29,749 bases of DNA, taken from Opitutales bacterium. Its GTDB lineage: Bacteria > Verrucomicrobiota > Verrucomicrobiia > Opitutales > JABSRG01. Of this stretch, positions 1-11,100 are shown one piece after another; positions within the stretch are counted from its first letter, which is position 1, and each line of letters starts with the position of its first letter. The notes under the pieces were generated by a model. That model did no database searches. It was not told the origin of the DNA and saw only the letters and a program-made list of their open reading frames with translations. The DNA is taken from positions 1 through 29,749 of the forward strand of contig JBMYOQ010000056.1 in assembly GCA_049599475.1 (NCBI GenBank), written 5' to 3'. Position numbers and translations under genes: made by a program.

Positions 1-27
1 CAAGGGCTCAAAAAGCGGTTGTCTCAT
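1..27 (-). CDS. Possible 5' end of a gene running off the window (MRQPLFEPL...)
   Basis: ATG at 27-25 on the minus strand, preceded by CACCCC (C-rich leader like other starts here). The frame is open to the window edge, but only 9 codons are visible. Confidence 0.35.
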
Positions 28-42
28 GGGGTGTATCCTACA

Positions 43-123
43 AGGGCGAACCGTCTCGGTGAGCCGCATCATTTAAGCCTTGGTTGGGCCCTCGAGCGGC
101 TCACCGATACGGTTCGCCCTACC
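43..123. repeat. REP-like inverted doublet (GTAG-type REP/REPIN)
   Basis: AGGGCGAACCGTCTCGGTGAGCCGC (43-67) and GCGGCTCACCGATACGGTTCGCCCT (96-120) are 24/25 inverted with a 28-nt spacer. Each arm is itself an imperfect hairpin GGC-GA-ACCG-N3-CGGT-GA-GCC. The right arm begins GTAGGGCG on the minus strand. Confidence 0.75.
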
Positions 124-198
124 ATTTTTTTGCAAAAATAATTTTTAGAAAAAGTCCAAACATCAAAGCTTAGGCCGAGCGCACTTCAAACATACCTC

Positions 199-3100
199 CT
201 ACTCATCAGTCTCTTCTTCAGAATCTAAACCAGATTCTACATCCATGACATCGAGTTCCAAACGTTCGTCATAGTAATCCAATGGCTCTGGGGGTTTTGT
301 GAATTTTAGTGCATCACCCATCGCGTGTCCACGCGCACCGGAGAGCGTGGGCGCGGTGTAATTGAGAACTTCGCCTGATCCTCCGTTGGCTTCTCCCCCT
401 TCAGCGACGGGTAGAAAGAGCTCAGGATCCACGTGAGAGATTTCGCGCAATTCAGCGCTTGTGCGCTGTGGGTTCTCCATTTCAGTCGAATCTTGGGATG
501 TTTGCTCTGAACCAGAAAGCTGTTCCTCCCTTGGAACATCGGGAGTGTTGGATGTGGGCTCATCAATTTCAGGAACATCCTCTATTGGCTCCTCAGCAAC
601 AGGCTCTTCGGTGACTGGCTCAGGATCACTCAGATCTGGCGTCTCACTCACAGGTTCGTCGACAACGGGCTCTGCGGCTGTGAAGTAAAATACATTGCCT
701 TCGCCCAGAGGGTCTGACCCGAAACCGACTTCGAAAGTCTCAGTACCGTCCAATCCGCCTTTCGCATGCGGGCTCTCATTGTCTTGCGAATAGATGATGT
801 ATCTTGAGTCCGTAGACAGCGCGCTGGCACCTGCATTGTTGATAAATGAACCCCCAGCAGCCTCGAGGACGATATTGTTACCGGCTCCCGATGTATTTAT
901 GGACGCGCCGGAGTCTAGAGTCATATCACCGACCGTGCGAATCGTAATCCCATTTGTCAGGGTCCCGCTAAAGGCTCCAGAAATACTTAATCCTCCGCTG
1001 CTGTCATACAGGCTAAACGCACCCCCGCGACTTACGCCGCCCAGCTCATTCACCGTATTCGACGTGTTCTCGAGGCTGTAAGTGCCAGAACCTCCGACCG
1101 TGAATTTGTCCACTTGAATTGCGCCAGACTGGGTCACCGTGCCATCTGCGATTAATTCGAAATCGCCGATAGTATTAATTCCTGCAATCGCAAGCGCACC
1201 GGTCGATGTGATTGATATATCTCCCGCGGAATTCGAAGTGTCCGTAGCATTTCTGCTCTCTGCGAAAATCGAGCCAAATGAATTACCCGCACTATCCAGC
1301 GTGATCGCAGCACCGGAATCGTCGAGAGTTTTGAAAAGCGCATTTCCTAACACAGTGATATCACCCGTATCCGTAATGGAGCCGGAAGCGGAGATATCTA
1401 AGTTTCCACTCGTGCTTAGTGTGCCAATGACCAGGCTATCATCATATCTGAGTGTAATATTCCCAGTATTACCCGATAAGGTATTAAAATCATTGCCTGT
1501 ATGATCGAGCGTGTAAGATCCCGATGAGCCGTTGAGCGATAAGGCAGATGCAGTGATCGCGCCGGACTGAGTCACCGTGTTGTCTGCGGTAAAGCTGAAG
1601 TCGCCTGCGGTGCTGATTAAGGCGATGTCGGCGGTGCCGGTTTCTGTGATTGAGATGTTGGCCGCAGAATTTGTAGAATCGGCGAGGTTTCTCGCCTGCG
1701 CAGAGATGGAGCCGAAAGTGTTGCTAGCATTCTCCAAGGTAATAGCAGCGCCGGAATCATTGAATGTCTTAAACGTAGCATTGGAGGTGACGCCGATGAC
1801 TCCCGTATTCGTAATCGCGCCAGTAGTTACGACATCCAAAGAGGTAGCGTTGAGCGTCCCGATCGCCAAGCCGTCGCTGTTCGTGAAATCAATGTCTCCC
1901 GTATTTCCGGCGAGTGTATCCACATCGTTATTACTATTGGTGAGTGTGTAGGTGGCTCCGGATCCGTTTAGCGTTAAGGTGTTCGCCGTGATGCCTGCAC
2001 TTTGAGTAATCGTGCTGGTGGTGTTCATTAACAAGTCGTTGGTTCCCAGGTCTAAAGCCCCGTCCATATCGATGGTGCCGGATCCCGATTGGAGTGTCAC
2101 ATCATCTGAAAACGTCAGCGCCTCGATATCGATCGCACCGGTGCCATCTGTTCGGCCAAATACGATGGTGTCGAAACCGTCCGTGATTCTGCCGAGTTGC
2201 GTGCTGTCGAGATTTAGGGTGCCCGTCGCGCCGTCGCCTAGGCCTATCGTTGTAGATGTTTGACCGGGCTGGAAATAGAGTGTGCCGGTTCCAGTGACGC
2301 TATTAGCAACGGCTAAGTCTATTGAGTCTGAACTGAGCGTGAGATCATTAGCAGACATCGTCTGAGTGCCGTTTACCGTGATCGTGCCGGTCATGCTTTG
2401 GATCGTGACTGGATCATTCCAACTCGCGTCTTGCAGATCGATAGCACCGGTGCCGTCGGTGCGACCGATTATTATATTTGCGATGCCGTCAACGAAGGTG
2501 CCGAGGTCGCCATCTAAGATTCTAAATTCGCCCGCAGAACCATCCCCCACCCCAATTGCTGCGGTACTATCAATCGGCCTTAGGTAAAGGTTTCCCTGTG
2601 TTTCGAAAAGCGTTTGGTCATCAATGCGTATACTACTGCTCCCGCTCGTTGTTGCGGCTTCAAAGATGATGTCTCCGGTCATGCTCGAGCCGCCAATCTG
2701 GATGGATGTGCTCGCATCAGTATAAACGCCTTCACTCGCTCCATTGCTCGTGCCGCTAATGAGAATATCACCTGAGCCGGTAGAGGTGACAATCGCCTCG
2801 TCCCGGAGGATGATTCCGTAAGACGTGGGACCCGTGCCTCCGATACCGGTGATGCTCAGGTCTCCATTTTCCACCGAAAGTGTTGTAATGGGCCCGTCGA
2901 TATCGACCCCATAGTTAAATTCGTCGTTGGCCGCCTGACCACCGGTGCCGTGTATGGTAAGATTGGAATCCCCAGTAAGAAGAATCTGGGCGCCCGCCTG
3001 AATCTCCACGCCGATAGCCGTCTTTCCGCCTCCAGAGTTATCGCTCTGCCCGACGCCGGTAATCGAGACATCCCCGCCAGCACTCGTAATGGACCCTGTT

Positions 3101-6100
3101 TCGATCACCACACCGGAATCATTGGTACCACCCGTGGTGCCCACAATGGTCAGATCCCCCGTCGTCGTATCGATATTAAACGTGTTATCAATGACTACAC
3201 CCGTGTCGGCGGTGCCGCCTTGCCCACGAATAGTAATATTACCCGTTCCCGTAGAAATGCTGCCCCCGTCGATTTCTACACCAAAGTTGTCGTCATTACG
3301 CGCGAAGCCGAGGTTTCTGAGGTCATCCAAGGTGGAATAGTTTCCACCTGAAAGAATGAATTCACCGCCATTTGTTTCGATGACAGAGCCCGTTTCCAAA
3401 TCAATCAGACCATTTCCGTTGTTGTCTAAATCCCCTTGAAATACTATGTTCAATGAATCTCCACCAATGCTCCCATCCGTGATCGTAACATTGTCCTCGA
3501 GCCTGATCTGATCGTCCGCCCTCAGCCAGAGCGTATTGCCTGACCCGATACCATTGTAATCGGTATTGGTCCGAATATGGACATCGTCACCAGCCGTAAT
3601 GATTGCTGTACCCGAAACAGCCACGCCTCCATAGGTGGTGCCTAAAACGGTGACTGTATCGATATCAATGTCGCCCGTATCTACATATTCAAAGGAGCCC
3701 CCTGATGCAGCGATGCTATCGAAGCCATTACTACTGTCGGTGAGCGTCTTCGTGCCTGACCCCAATAAGACCAGACCGGCCCCATCAATATCATCATTTT
3801 GCGTCACTGAGCCATTCGAATTAATCAGCAAATTATTGGCTCCGACGTCGACACGCTGATCAAAAATGATATCGCCCGTATCAGACAAGACGACCAAATC
3901 TTCGCCAAAGGTGTAGTCTTCAAAAGTGATGGTTCCCGTGCCATCTGAGCGGCCAATGACGATCGTTCCAACACCGTCACGGATAAGATTCATCTGAGCT
4001 GTAGCGAAGCGATACAGACCACTGGCACTCGCAATCCCCACTGAGTCGGCAATGTCACCGGGCCGCAAATACACAGTCCCTGTTGTAAGGATATCTCCAC
4101 TACCTGCGATATTGATGGATCGGCTGCCAGTGTCTGTCGTCGCCTCCAGCGTGATATCCCCGGGCATCGCAGCATTGCCGATTGTGTAACTCGAGCCTGC
4201 AAAGACCATGCCTTGGCTTTCCAAAGATGTTCCCGTGATGTGAATGTTTCCTGACCCTGTGATATCAATCAGGGTGCCTTCGGCATAAATCCCATAACTT
4301 GTGCTGCCATAGCCCGAGACACCTGTGATATCGATATCTCCATCTTCCGCTCTAAAAATAGTAGAGCCGGTGATGTGGATACCGATATTCGAACTATCGT
4401 TTACCTGCTGGCTACCGGTGCCGTGTATCTCGATATTGCCATCCCCAGTGTTTATGACACTGAAAGATCCTAACAAACTAATCCCAGGAGAGAAGCTGCT
4501 CGATCCAGTATTGTCCGATTCCCCAACACCTATGATTGAAATATCCCCACCCGTAGATTGAATGGATGCACTGCCTTCGAGCCGTAGTCCTGGTCCCATA
4601 TCAGGGCTGGCTTGACCGTAGATATTTATGTCACCCGTGGTCGTCTGCACTAAAGACGATCCATCGATACGCACCCCAGTATAGGTGCCTCCAAACCCAC
4701 GGAGTGTAATATCCCCGGTGCCCGCATTGAGAGTGCCCCCCCCAATATCTATTCCATTGGAACGGCCAGACCCTCCAGGAGCGAGACCGACCGTCCTGAG
4801 ATCATCTAGTGTTGAATAGTTTCCACCAGAAAATACAATTTCGCCACCATTTGTACTGATAGAGCCGCCCGTTTCTATCTGGATGCGCCCTTCGCTACCG
4901 GTTCCCGTGACATCTGACTGGAAGACAATATTGAGAGAATCATCAGCTCCGGATGAATCCGCAATTGAATGCCCCGAATATAACTCAATCTCACCGGTGG
5001 CTTTCAACCAAAGCGTATTTCCAGTGCCGATACCGTTAAAATCAATATCTGTATCAATAAAAATATCATCGCCCGAAGTAATGGTGGCATCGCCCGACAC
5101 GGCGACCCCCCTGTAGGTAGCGCCCTGGATGGTGACATCATTGAGGATAATATCATTGTTATTTGCATATTCGAAGGAGCCTCCAATTGCCGCGATATCG
5201 CTAAAGTTATTAGAAGCATGCGTAAGCGTTTTGGTCCCACTCCCGGCCAAGGCTAGGCCTGCTCCGGAGATCCAATCACTCTGCGTGACGGTGCCATTGG
5301 AGTTAATCAACAAGTTATTGCTGCCAAAGTCGACTGTCTCGGCGAATTCAATGGGGCCGGTGTCCGATAAAACAACGACGTCCTTATCATACGTATCCGC
5401 TTCGAAGGTGATCGAACCCGTGCCATCTGAACGCCCGATGACAAGGGTGGACACGCTGGTATCTATGCGATCCAGTGCGTCACCGAAGACACCGATATCG
5501 CCGCCCGTCGAAGCGGACATAATGATCGTATCATCGATTTCACCCGGCCTGAGATATACATCGCCCGTTGTAATAATGGAACCACTACCCGCGAAATTGA
5601 GCGCATTACTTGCTGAAACTGCCGTCAACTCGAAGGTGATATCCCCCGTCATTGTGGCATCCCCGATTTCATAAGTGGACCCGGCAAGGGTAATGCCGGC
5701 ATCGTCAATTCCCGAACCATCTAATATAATGTCGCCAGTCCCAGTCGCTTCGAGCTTCGCACCTTCCAGGAATATACCATAACTCTCCGAGCCGTATCCG
5801 CCAAAACCGTCAATATCGATATCACCATTCTCGGTTTGCAGGAGGATGTTACTGTTTGAGAAGGTTACTCCAATATTGTAGCTATCATTCACTTGCTGGC
5901 TCCCGGTCCCCGTAATCTGGATATTGCCACTCCCGGTGGTTAACAGGCTCGCGTCGGAGTTGATACTCACGCCTGGGGTAAAGCCGGATGTGCCGGTGTT
6001 TTCAGATTCACCGATACCCACAATCGTAATATCGCCCCCGGTCGTTTGGATGGGGGATGTATTCTCGATACGCACGCCCGGCCCAGCTCCTGAACTGGCC

Positions 6101-7992
6101 TGGCCGAATATGGAAATATTGCCCGTGGTGGTATCGATTGACGTACTTGCCCGCAACCTGACACCGGCATAGGTCCCCCCAAATCCGCGAAGCGTAATGT
6201 CACCCGTGCCTGAATTTAGCGAAGCATCATACAGCTGAATCCCATCGTCGCGACCGGATCCTCCCGGAGCCATGCCAAGAGTTTTGAGATCATTGAGAGT
6301 CGCATAGTTTCCTCCGGAAATCACGATCTCCCCGCCATTCGTATTTATGCTGGATCCCGTATCTAAGACGATACGACCGTCATCCCCCTCTCCATCGATG
6401 TCGGATTGAAGCACTACCGATAGACTGTCGTCGGAGCCAGAGGAGTCCTCGATATTTACGTTCGCGTTCAGGGTAATCTCATCGTTTGCGCGCAGCCAGA
6501 GTGTATCACCTGTGCCAATACCATTGAAATCGATATCGGTCTCAACGGTAATATTGCCATCTTCGGAACCTCCGCCCCCGGTCTCGATGGTCACCGTGAC
6601 ACCACTCCCTGAAGTGAGCGCGGCGATAATCGTGTCCTTGTCCAGCTCAGCGTCGCTGGTGTTGGGATTGTCAAAGGGGTTGGTCGTGTCGTCAAATTCG
6701 TCATTTCCGTTGTCGTTGATGACAATGTCGTAGGGATCGATCAACCACTCTCCGCCGTTGCCCGTATCCGATCCGACATCGGGGACTGCGCTCCCTAGAT
6801 CAAACCAGCCGGCGCTCGTTTCGATAAAACCGCCATCGGCCCCGTCCGTCCCGCGAGCCGAGAGCTGCCCATACATGCGCAGCGTATCATTGCCCCAAGC
6901 GATCACGGTGCCTGCGGAATTCCCGGAACCCGAAGCATCGACGGAGACCTCGGCGCCCTCTGCAATGAAGGTGCGATCAGCGTGGAAAATGGAATCGTCG
7001 GCCCCGCGGCGACTTCCGCCGATACGGACTCGCCCACCATCTGCGGCATTTCCTTCAGCTTCCAGAACTGCGCCGTCTTGGATCGCGATACGTGAACCGG
7101 TTGCAAGGATCTCGCCGCCAGAGCTGTCCGCATTGTTCGCAGAGATCGATCCGGAAATATCGACAGTGCCTTCATCCGCCACCAGCCAGACTTCCCCATC
7201 TATTTCTTGGGTGCCGGTGGCTCGGACGATGCCGGATTGATTTATCGCGAGTGCAAATGGATTATCATGTGCTGCCGCGATCTCGATTTGCGCGGCTTCC
7301 ACACTCCCCGAGTTTTCGATCATCGCCTGATCACTTGGCACGCTGATAAAGACCTTTTGTTGCGCGCTGGGTTGAATGATCACTTCTCTGCCGGCTGCGA
7401 GGTTTATAGAGCCGTCTGGGGCTGCGATGGCGCCATTATTGATAACGACTTCTGAAATAAGCGTAATATCGCCAGAAACGGCCTCTAAACGCCCCATATT
7501 GATGATCTGGCCGAACACCTCGGCATCCGCGCGGAAGGTCAGGGAATCTCCGTTTAAAAAATCATTATTTGCGACATCCAAGGTCGAAGCGGTGAAACTA
7601 GCGGCATCGATCCGGGAGTTTTCTCCGAAGACAATGCCATTCGGGTTGATCAGATAGACCGCGCCGTTGGCCTCGAGCTGGCCATAGATTTCCGAAATAT
7701 TGTCCGAAACAACTCTGTTGAGCGCCGAAGCCGCGGCATTGGGCTGGATGAAGCGGGTGGTCTCGCCGGAAGCGATGGAGAAATCCTGCCAGTCGATAAT
7801 GAGCGCCCCGGAGCCCTGCTGGATCTGTAGGGACCCCGCATTTTCCTGAAACACAGCGCTGCCGTACACGACACTGCCGCCGCTCGGATTGGCGAGCAGG
7901 ACGGGATGACTTGAAGAAAAGCATAAGGCAAGGGCAAGCGCATGGATGGTCGCTTGCTTGCCCAATAACTGCATTCGAACAATCGAGCTCAT
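199..7992 (-). CDS. Filamentous haemagglutinin-family (TpsA-like) large exoprotein/adhesin, 2597 aa
   Basis: Signal peptide ending ..PVLLA, then NPSGGSVVYG; TPS/haemagglutination-activity domain (IIDWQDFSI, LNRV, VYLINPNGIVFG); GGFIETS and GEWLIDPYDI motifs; long G/T/S/I/D-rich beta-helical repeats; acidic Pro/Glu tail. Confidence 0.92.
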   Translation of the reverse strand: MSSIVRMQLLGKQATIHALALALCFSSSHPVLLANPSGGSVVYGSAVFQENAGSLQIQQGSGALIIDWQDFSIASGETTRFIQPNAAASALNRVVSDNISEIYGQLEANGAVYLINPNGIVFGENSRIDAASFTASTLDVANNDFLNGDSLTFRADAEVFGQIINMGRLEAVSGDITLISEVVINNGAIAAPDGSINLAAGREVIIQPSAQQKVFISVPSDQAMIENSGSVEAAQIEIAAAHDNPFALAINQSGIVRATGTQEIDGEVWLVADEGTVDISGSISANNADSSGGEILATGSRIAIQDGAVLEAEGNAADGGRVRIGGSRRGADDSIFHADRTFIAEGAEVSVDASGSGNSAGTVIAWGNDTLRMYGQLSARGTDGADGGFIETSAGWFDLGSAVPDVGSDTGNGGEWLIDPYDIVINDNGNDEFDDTTNPFDNPNTSDAELDKDTIIAALTSGSGVTVTIETGGGGSEDGNITVETDIDFNGIGTGDTLWLRANDEITLNANVNIEDSSGSDDSLSVVLQSDIDGEGDDGRIVLDTGSSINTNGGEIVISGGNYATLNDLKTLGMAPGGSGRDDGIQLYDASLNSGTGDITLRGFGGTYAGVRLRASTSIDTTTGNISIFGQASSGAGPGVRIENTSPIQTTGGDITIVGIGESENTGTSGFTPGVSINSDASLLTTGSGNIQITGTGSQQVNDSYNIGVTFSNSNILLQTENGDIDIDGFGGYGSESYGIFLEGAKLEATGTGDIILDGSGIDDAGITLAGSTYEIGDATMTGDITFELTAVSASNALNFAGSGSIITTGDVYLRPGEIDDTIIMSASTGGDIGVFGDALDRIDTSVSTLVIGRSDGTGSITFEADTYDKDVVVLSDTGPIEFAETVDFGSNNLLINSNGTVTQSDWISGAGLALAGSGTKTLTHASNNFSDIAAIGGSFEYANNNDIILNDVTIQGATYRGVAVSGDATITSGDDIFIDTDIDFNGIGTGNTLWLKATGEIELYSGHSIADSSGADDSLNIVFQSDVTGTGSEGRIQIETGGSISTNGGEIVFSGGNYSTLDDLRTVGLAPGGSGRSNGIDIGGGTLNAGTGDITLRGFGGTYTGVRIDGSSLVQTTTGDINIYGQASPDMGPGLRLEGSASIQSTGGDISIIGVGESDNTGSSSFSPGISLLGSFSVINTGDGNIEIHGTGSQQVNDSSNIGIHITGSTIFRAEDGDIDITGVSGYGSTSYGIYAEGTLIDITGSGNIHITGTSLESQGMVFAGSSYTIGNAAMPGDITLEATTDTGSRSINIAGSGDILTTGTVYLRPGDIADSVGIASASGLYRFATAQMNLIRDGVGTIVIGRSDGTGTITFEDYTFGEDLVVLSDTGDIIFDQRVDVGANNLLINSNGSVTQNDDIDGAGLVLLGSGTKTLTDSSNGFDSIAASGGSFEYVDTGDIDIDTVTVLGTTYGGVAVSGTAIITAGDDVHIRTNTDYNGIGSGNTLWLRADDQIRLEDNVTITDGSIGGDSLNIVFQGDLDNNGNGLIDLETGSVIETNGGEFILSGGNYSTLDDLRNLGFARNDDNFGVEIDGGSISTGTGNITIRGQGGTADTGVVIDNTFNIDTTTGDLTIVGTTGGTNDSGVVIETGSITSAGGDVSITGVGQSDNSGGGKTAIGVEIQAGAQILLTGDSNLTIHGTGGQAANDEFNYGVDIDGPITTLSVENGDLSITGIGGTGPTSYGIILRDEAIVTSTGSGDILISGTSNGASEGVYTDASTSIQIGGSSMTGDIIFEAATTSGSSSIRIDDQTLFETQGNLYLRPIDSTAAIGVGDGSAGEFRILDGDLGTFVDGIANIIIGRTDGTGAIDLQDASWNDPVTIQSMTGTITVNGTQTMSANDLTLSSDSIDLAVANSVTGTGTLYFQPGQTSTTIGLGDGATGTLNLDSTQLGRITDGFDTIVFGRTDGTGAIDIEALTFSDDVTLQSGSGTIDMDGALDLGTNDLLMNTTSTITQSAGITANTLTLNGSGATYTLTNSNNDVDTLAGNTGDIDFTNSDGLAIGTLNATSLDVVTTGAITNTGVIGVTSNATFKTFNDSGAAITLENASNTFGSISAQARNLADSTNSAANISITETGTADIALISTAGDFSFTADNTVTQSGAITASALSLNGSSGSYTLDHTGNDFNTLSGNTGNITLRYDDSLVIGTLSTSGNLDISASGSITDTGDITVLGNALFKTLDDSGAAITLDSAGNSFGSIFAESRNATDTSNSAGDISITSTGALAIAGINTIGDFELIADGTVTQSGAIQVDKFTVGGSGTYSLENTSNTVNELGGVSRGGAFSLYDSSGGLSISGAFSGTLTNGITIRTVGDMTLDSGASINTSGAGNNIVLEAAGGSFINNAGASALSTDSRYIIYSQDNESPHAKGGLDGTETFEVGFGSDPLGEGNVFYFTAAEPVVDEPVSETPDLSDPEPVTEEPVAEEPIEDVPEIDEPTSNTPDVPREEQLSGSEQTSQDSTEMENPQRTSAELREISHVDPELFLPVAEGGEANGGSGEVLNYTAPTLSGARGHAMGDALKFTKPPEPLDYYDERLELDVMDVESGLDSEEETDE
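1141..2013 (-). repeat. Two ~145-aa intragenic tandem repeats (a third partial copy starts at 1140)
   Basis: T(I/V)TQS(A/G) starts at 2013, 1578 and 1140 (periods 435 and 438 nt). Shared FKT(F/L)(N/D)DSGAAITL..N(T/S)FGSI.A..RN..D..NSA. Confidence 0.85.
2330..6540 (-). repeat. Three ~495-aa intragenic tandem repeats
   Basis: T(D/N)(I/T)D(F/Y)NGIG(T/S)G(D/N)TLWL starts at 6540, 5052 and 3570 (periods 1488 and 1482 nt). Shared TNGGE..ISGGNY(A/S)TL(N/D)DL and IGR(S/T)DGTG. The end of the third copy is approximate. Confidence 0.9.
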
Positions 7993-8173
7993 GTACGGAG
8001 TCGCCTGTAAGTCGGCGCGAAATTCGTTTTCTCAATTTTCTGTGCGTATTTTGTATTCCGGACTGCGCCAAATGGAGCCTCATTAACCTTTTCGGACAGT
8101 AATCGTCGTATAGAGTATAAGATCTCTTGGCCGAGTTTTCTTCAAACTCGAGCACGGTGTGGCGAATTATGAT

Positions 8174-11100
8174 ATGATGCACACGCGGATACCCAGATCC
8201 CCTCGATTTCTGTGCAGCCTAGCTGCTCTATTCGGGCTGCTGCATGGATTGATTGCGCAATCTCCTTATCAATTGCGCGATACAGATCCGGTGCTCGAGC
8301 CCTGGCGCTGGGACAAGCAAATCTTCCTCGACGGCGAATCCCTCACCCGTATGACCGAGGCCCCAGATGGCACTCTATGGCTCGGCGGGATCGACCGCAT
8401 CATCCGCTACGATGGCCAAACTATCGATCGCTACTCGATCAGCGCCGACTTGATGCCTGGCCTCCCATTTGAGATCCGGCTACCGAGTGTCAAAGCCCTG
8501 TATGTGACTCCGCAAAACCGAGTCCTCATCAACATCAACAATCGCCTTTTCGAGTTCGCAGATGAGGCCCTCCATCCTGTCTTCAAATTTCCGTATTCCG
8601 CCGGAGTGAGCAATACCTTCTACCCTGCGAACGAGGGCTGGACTTGGCTAAAGACCGAACGTTCTATTTGGAAAATATCTCCCGACCTGAAACAGGTAAA
8701 TCTGCATTTTCAACTCCCTCGCATGGCCCGTATCGAGGCGAGTATGATCAGCTCCGGGGATTTCTGGCTCTACCTTTATGAACCGTCTGGAGACATTACC
8801 TTCGCAAAGGCAGAAGTCTTCGAGGGCAAGCTGGAACCTCGGGAGAATTGGGAAACCATACCGGTGCCCACACAGAGCCCCTCTCGACATGCGTCGATCC
8901 TAGCCAGCCAAGATGGTTTTCTGTATTTCGCAGACAGCAACTCAAACAATGTAATTCAGAGATACAACCCGGAGACCGATAAATGGCGCCCGGTACAGAC
9001 CCCCGCGCACAGCCAGAGCCACTACTATCTTTACGAAGACTCGCGCGGCATGCTCTGGGCCATGGGTGCGGGAGAGATGGTACGGATAAACAAAACCAAA
9101 GGTCGCGTCTATTACCCCTACCAGGTGCCGCTCCCACGCAAGCGTTTATCCATTGTGGAAACCAGCCAGAACCAGTTGTGGATTCTATCTGGCTCGGGCA
9201 AAGCCTTGATTCTTGATGTATCCGACAATCAATGGGAAACGATCCCAGACCTTCACCTACAAGCGGAATCCGAAGATGGCACCCGATGGTTTACCAGCCA
9301 GGATAAGAAAGTCATCTCCCACCAACCTGATTCAGACCTCTGGCTCATCCATGATAATTTAGAAACTGTCATTGATTTTTCAACACACTTATTCCACACA
9401 CCCGAAGACGCCATCTGGGCGGTTGGCCAGCATCAAGGAGTGCCCGCGGTATCTGTCTACTACAAGGGCTCCTGGACTCGTCGCCTGTTTCCAGAATTCG
9501 CAGCTCATTTCACAGACGACGCATCCGCAGTCGATGCAGACGGCAAAATTTGGTTAGGGTCCTTTCTACACGGGGCCAACGAGTCTAAAGCCGGCTACCT
9601 AAAAATCGAACTCGCGCCGGATGGAACCATCGAATTGCTCAATCACTACAAACCGCCCGCAGTGCACGCATGGGTTTCCCACATGGAAGTGACCCGAGGA
9701 AACACACTTTGGCTCGCCGACTCTCAACTGCGCACCATGAATATTCATGGACAGGAAACCGCGTGGTTTGATGAATTCCCCCAAGTCGCCACCCGCGACC
9801 TCGAAGTAGACGCATTCGATAATATTTGGATCGCGAAAGGCGGCTATGGAGTCTGGCAATTTATTAAGGACAAATGGGTTCAGCACTCATCCATCGCCGG
9901 CCTAGAAAGCGGAGCTGTATCCAATTTGCTCCCCCTTCAAAACGGAGACATGCTGGCAGCCTCAGAGGGAGGTGTCAGCCGCTTCGACGGCAGCATCTGG
10001 TCTCCCCACGTCTTCCATCCATCGATACATCTTTCCGACAGCAGCTACAGCGGCGGGATGAAACAAGGCCGCGACGGCTCAATTTATTTCAACTTCAATA
10101 GCGCTGATTGGCAGCGCCGCGGGCGCGATTCATCCGGTCGGCACACCGAATACTCAAGCGTTCGCTACTCCCCCGAAAAGACTCCGCCGGAAACGCATTT
10201 CAACGATTACCTAGAGCTTGTTTCTCATCACGGCAACACCCATATCAACTGGGGCGGACACGATCGATGGAACCGCACCGATTCGGAACAACTCCAATTT
10301 TCCTGGAAGCTCAATGATGGAAGCTGGTCCACATTCTCACCGGCAAACAGCCACACCTTCCTCGATTTACCTAGCGGTGAACATATTCTAGAGGTCCGTG
10401 CGCGGGACAATGATTTCAATGTCGATCCGACTCCCGCCCAGATAACATTCAAAGTGGAGCTTCCTCCATGGCTTCAATGGTCCACCTTGGTGCCCACCTT
10501 CGCTGTCCTCATTCTCGGAATACACTTTTTCGGCTATGTTATCTTTAATCGCGAGCGTAGACTCCGTGAACGCAACGAACGCGCCCTCGAGCGCCAAAGA
10601 CATCTCGAGGAGATGGATCAGCTGAAGGCAGGATACGTAAACAACATTTCCCACGAGCTCAATACGCCCCTGTCTGCGATACTCCTCACCATAAAAAAGC
10701 TCGTGGGTCGCGAGGAAGATCCACGCAAGCACCAGCGTCTCTCCCTCATCCAACGCAATGCCGAACACATCAAGAATCTCATTTCTCAACTGCTCCTTTT
10801 CCGCCAACTCGAGCAGGACACTTTGACGGTAAAACCGGAACCCGGAGACCTCCGCACCGTCGTCGCAGAAGAAATAGAGTCGCTCAACTCACTCGCGGAA
10901 GTGCACCAAATTTCATTGCACCTCCAAGAGCCCGAGAATCTTCCCGGGCAGGCTGTCTTCGACCACGACCTCGTCCGCCGGGTCATTGAGAATTTTATCA
11001 GCAACGCGATCAAATACAATTTTTCGGGCGGCCAGGTCACATTCACCTGGGACCTCAAGCATCGCGACTCCAAGGCCCTATTTTCTTTCACCGTCGAAGA

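Noticed and set aside
306..7657. Numerous 60-180 aa ORFs overlapping the TpsA gene (many ISPV/MLP-rich on the + strand)
   Set aside because: Antisense or alternate-frame shadows of a repetitive G/D/I/T-rich gene, with no independent motifs.
199..7992. CdiA/contact-dependent inhibition toxin
   Set aside because: No VENN/pre-toxin motif, no toxin-like C-terminal domain and no immunity ORF downstream.
7598..8182. 194-aa minus-strand ORF spanning the tpsA start and the divergent promoter
   Set aside because: It overlaps two well-supported genes and has an Arg-rich off-frame composition.
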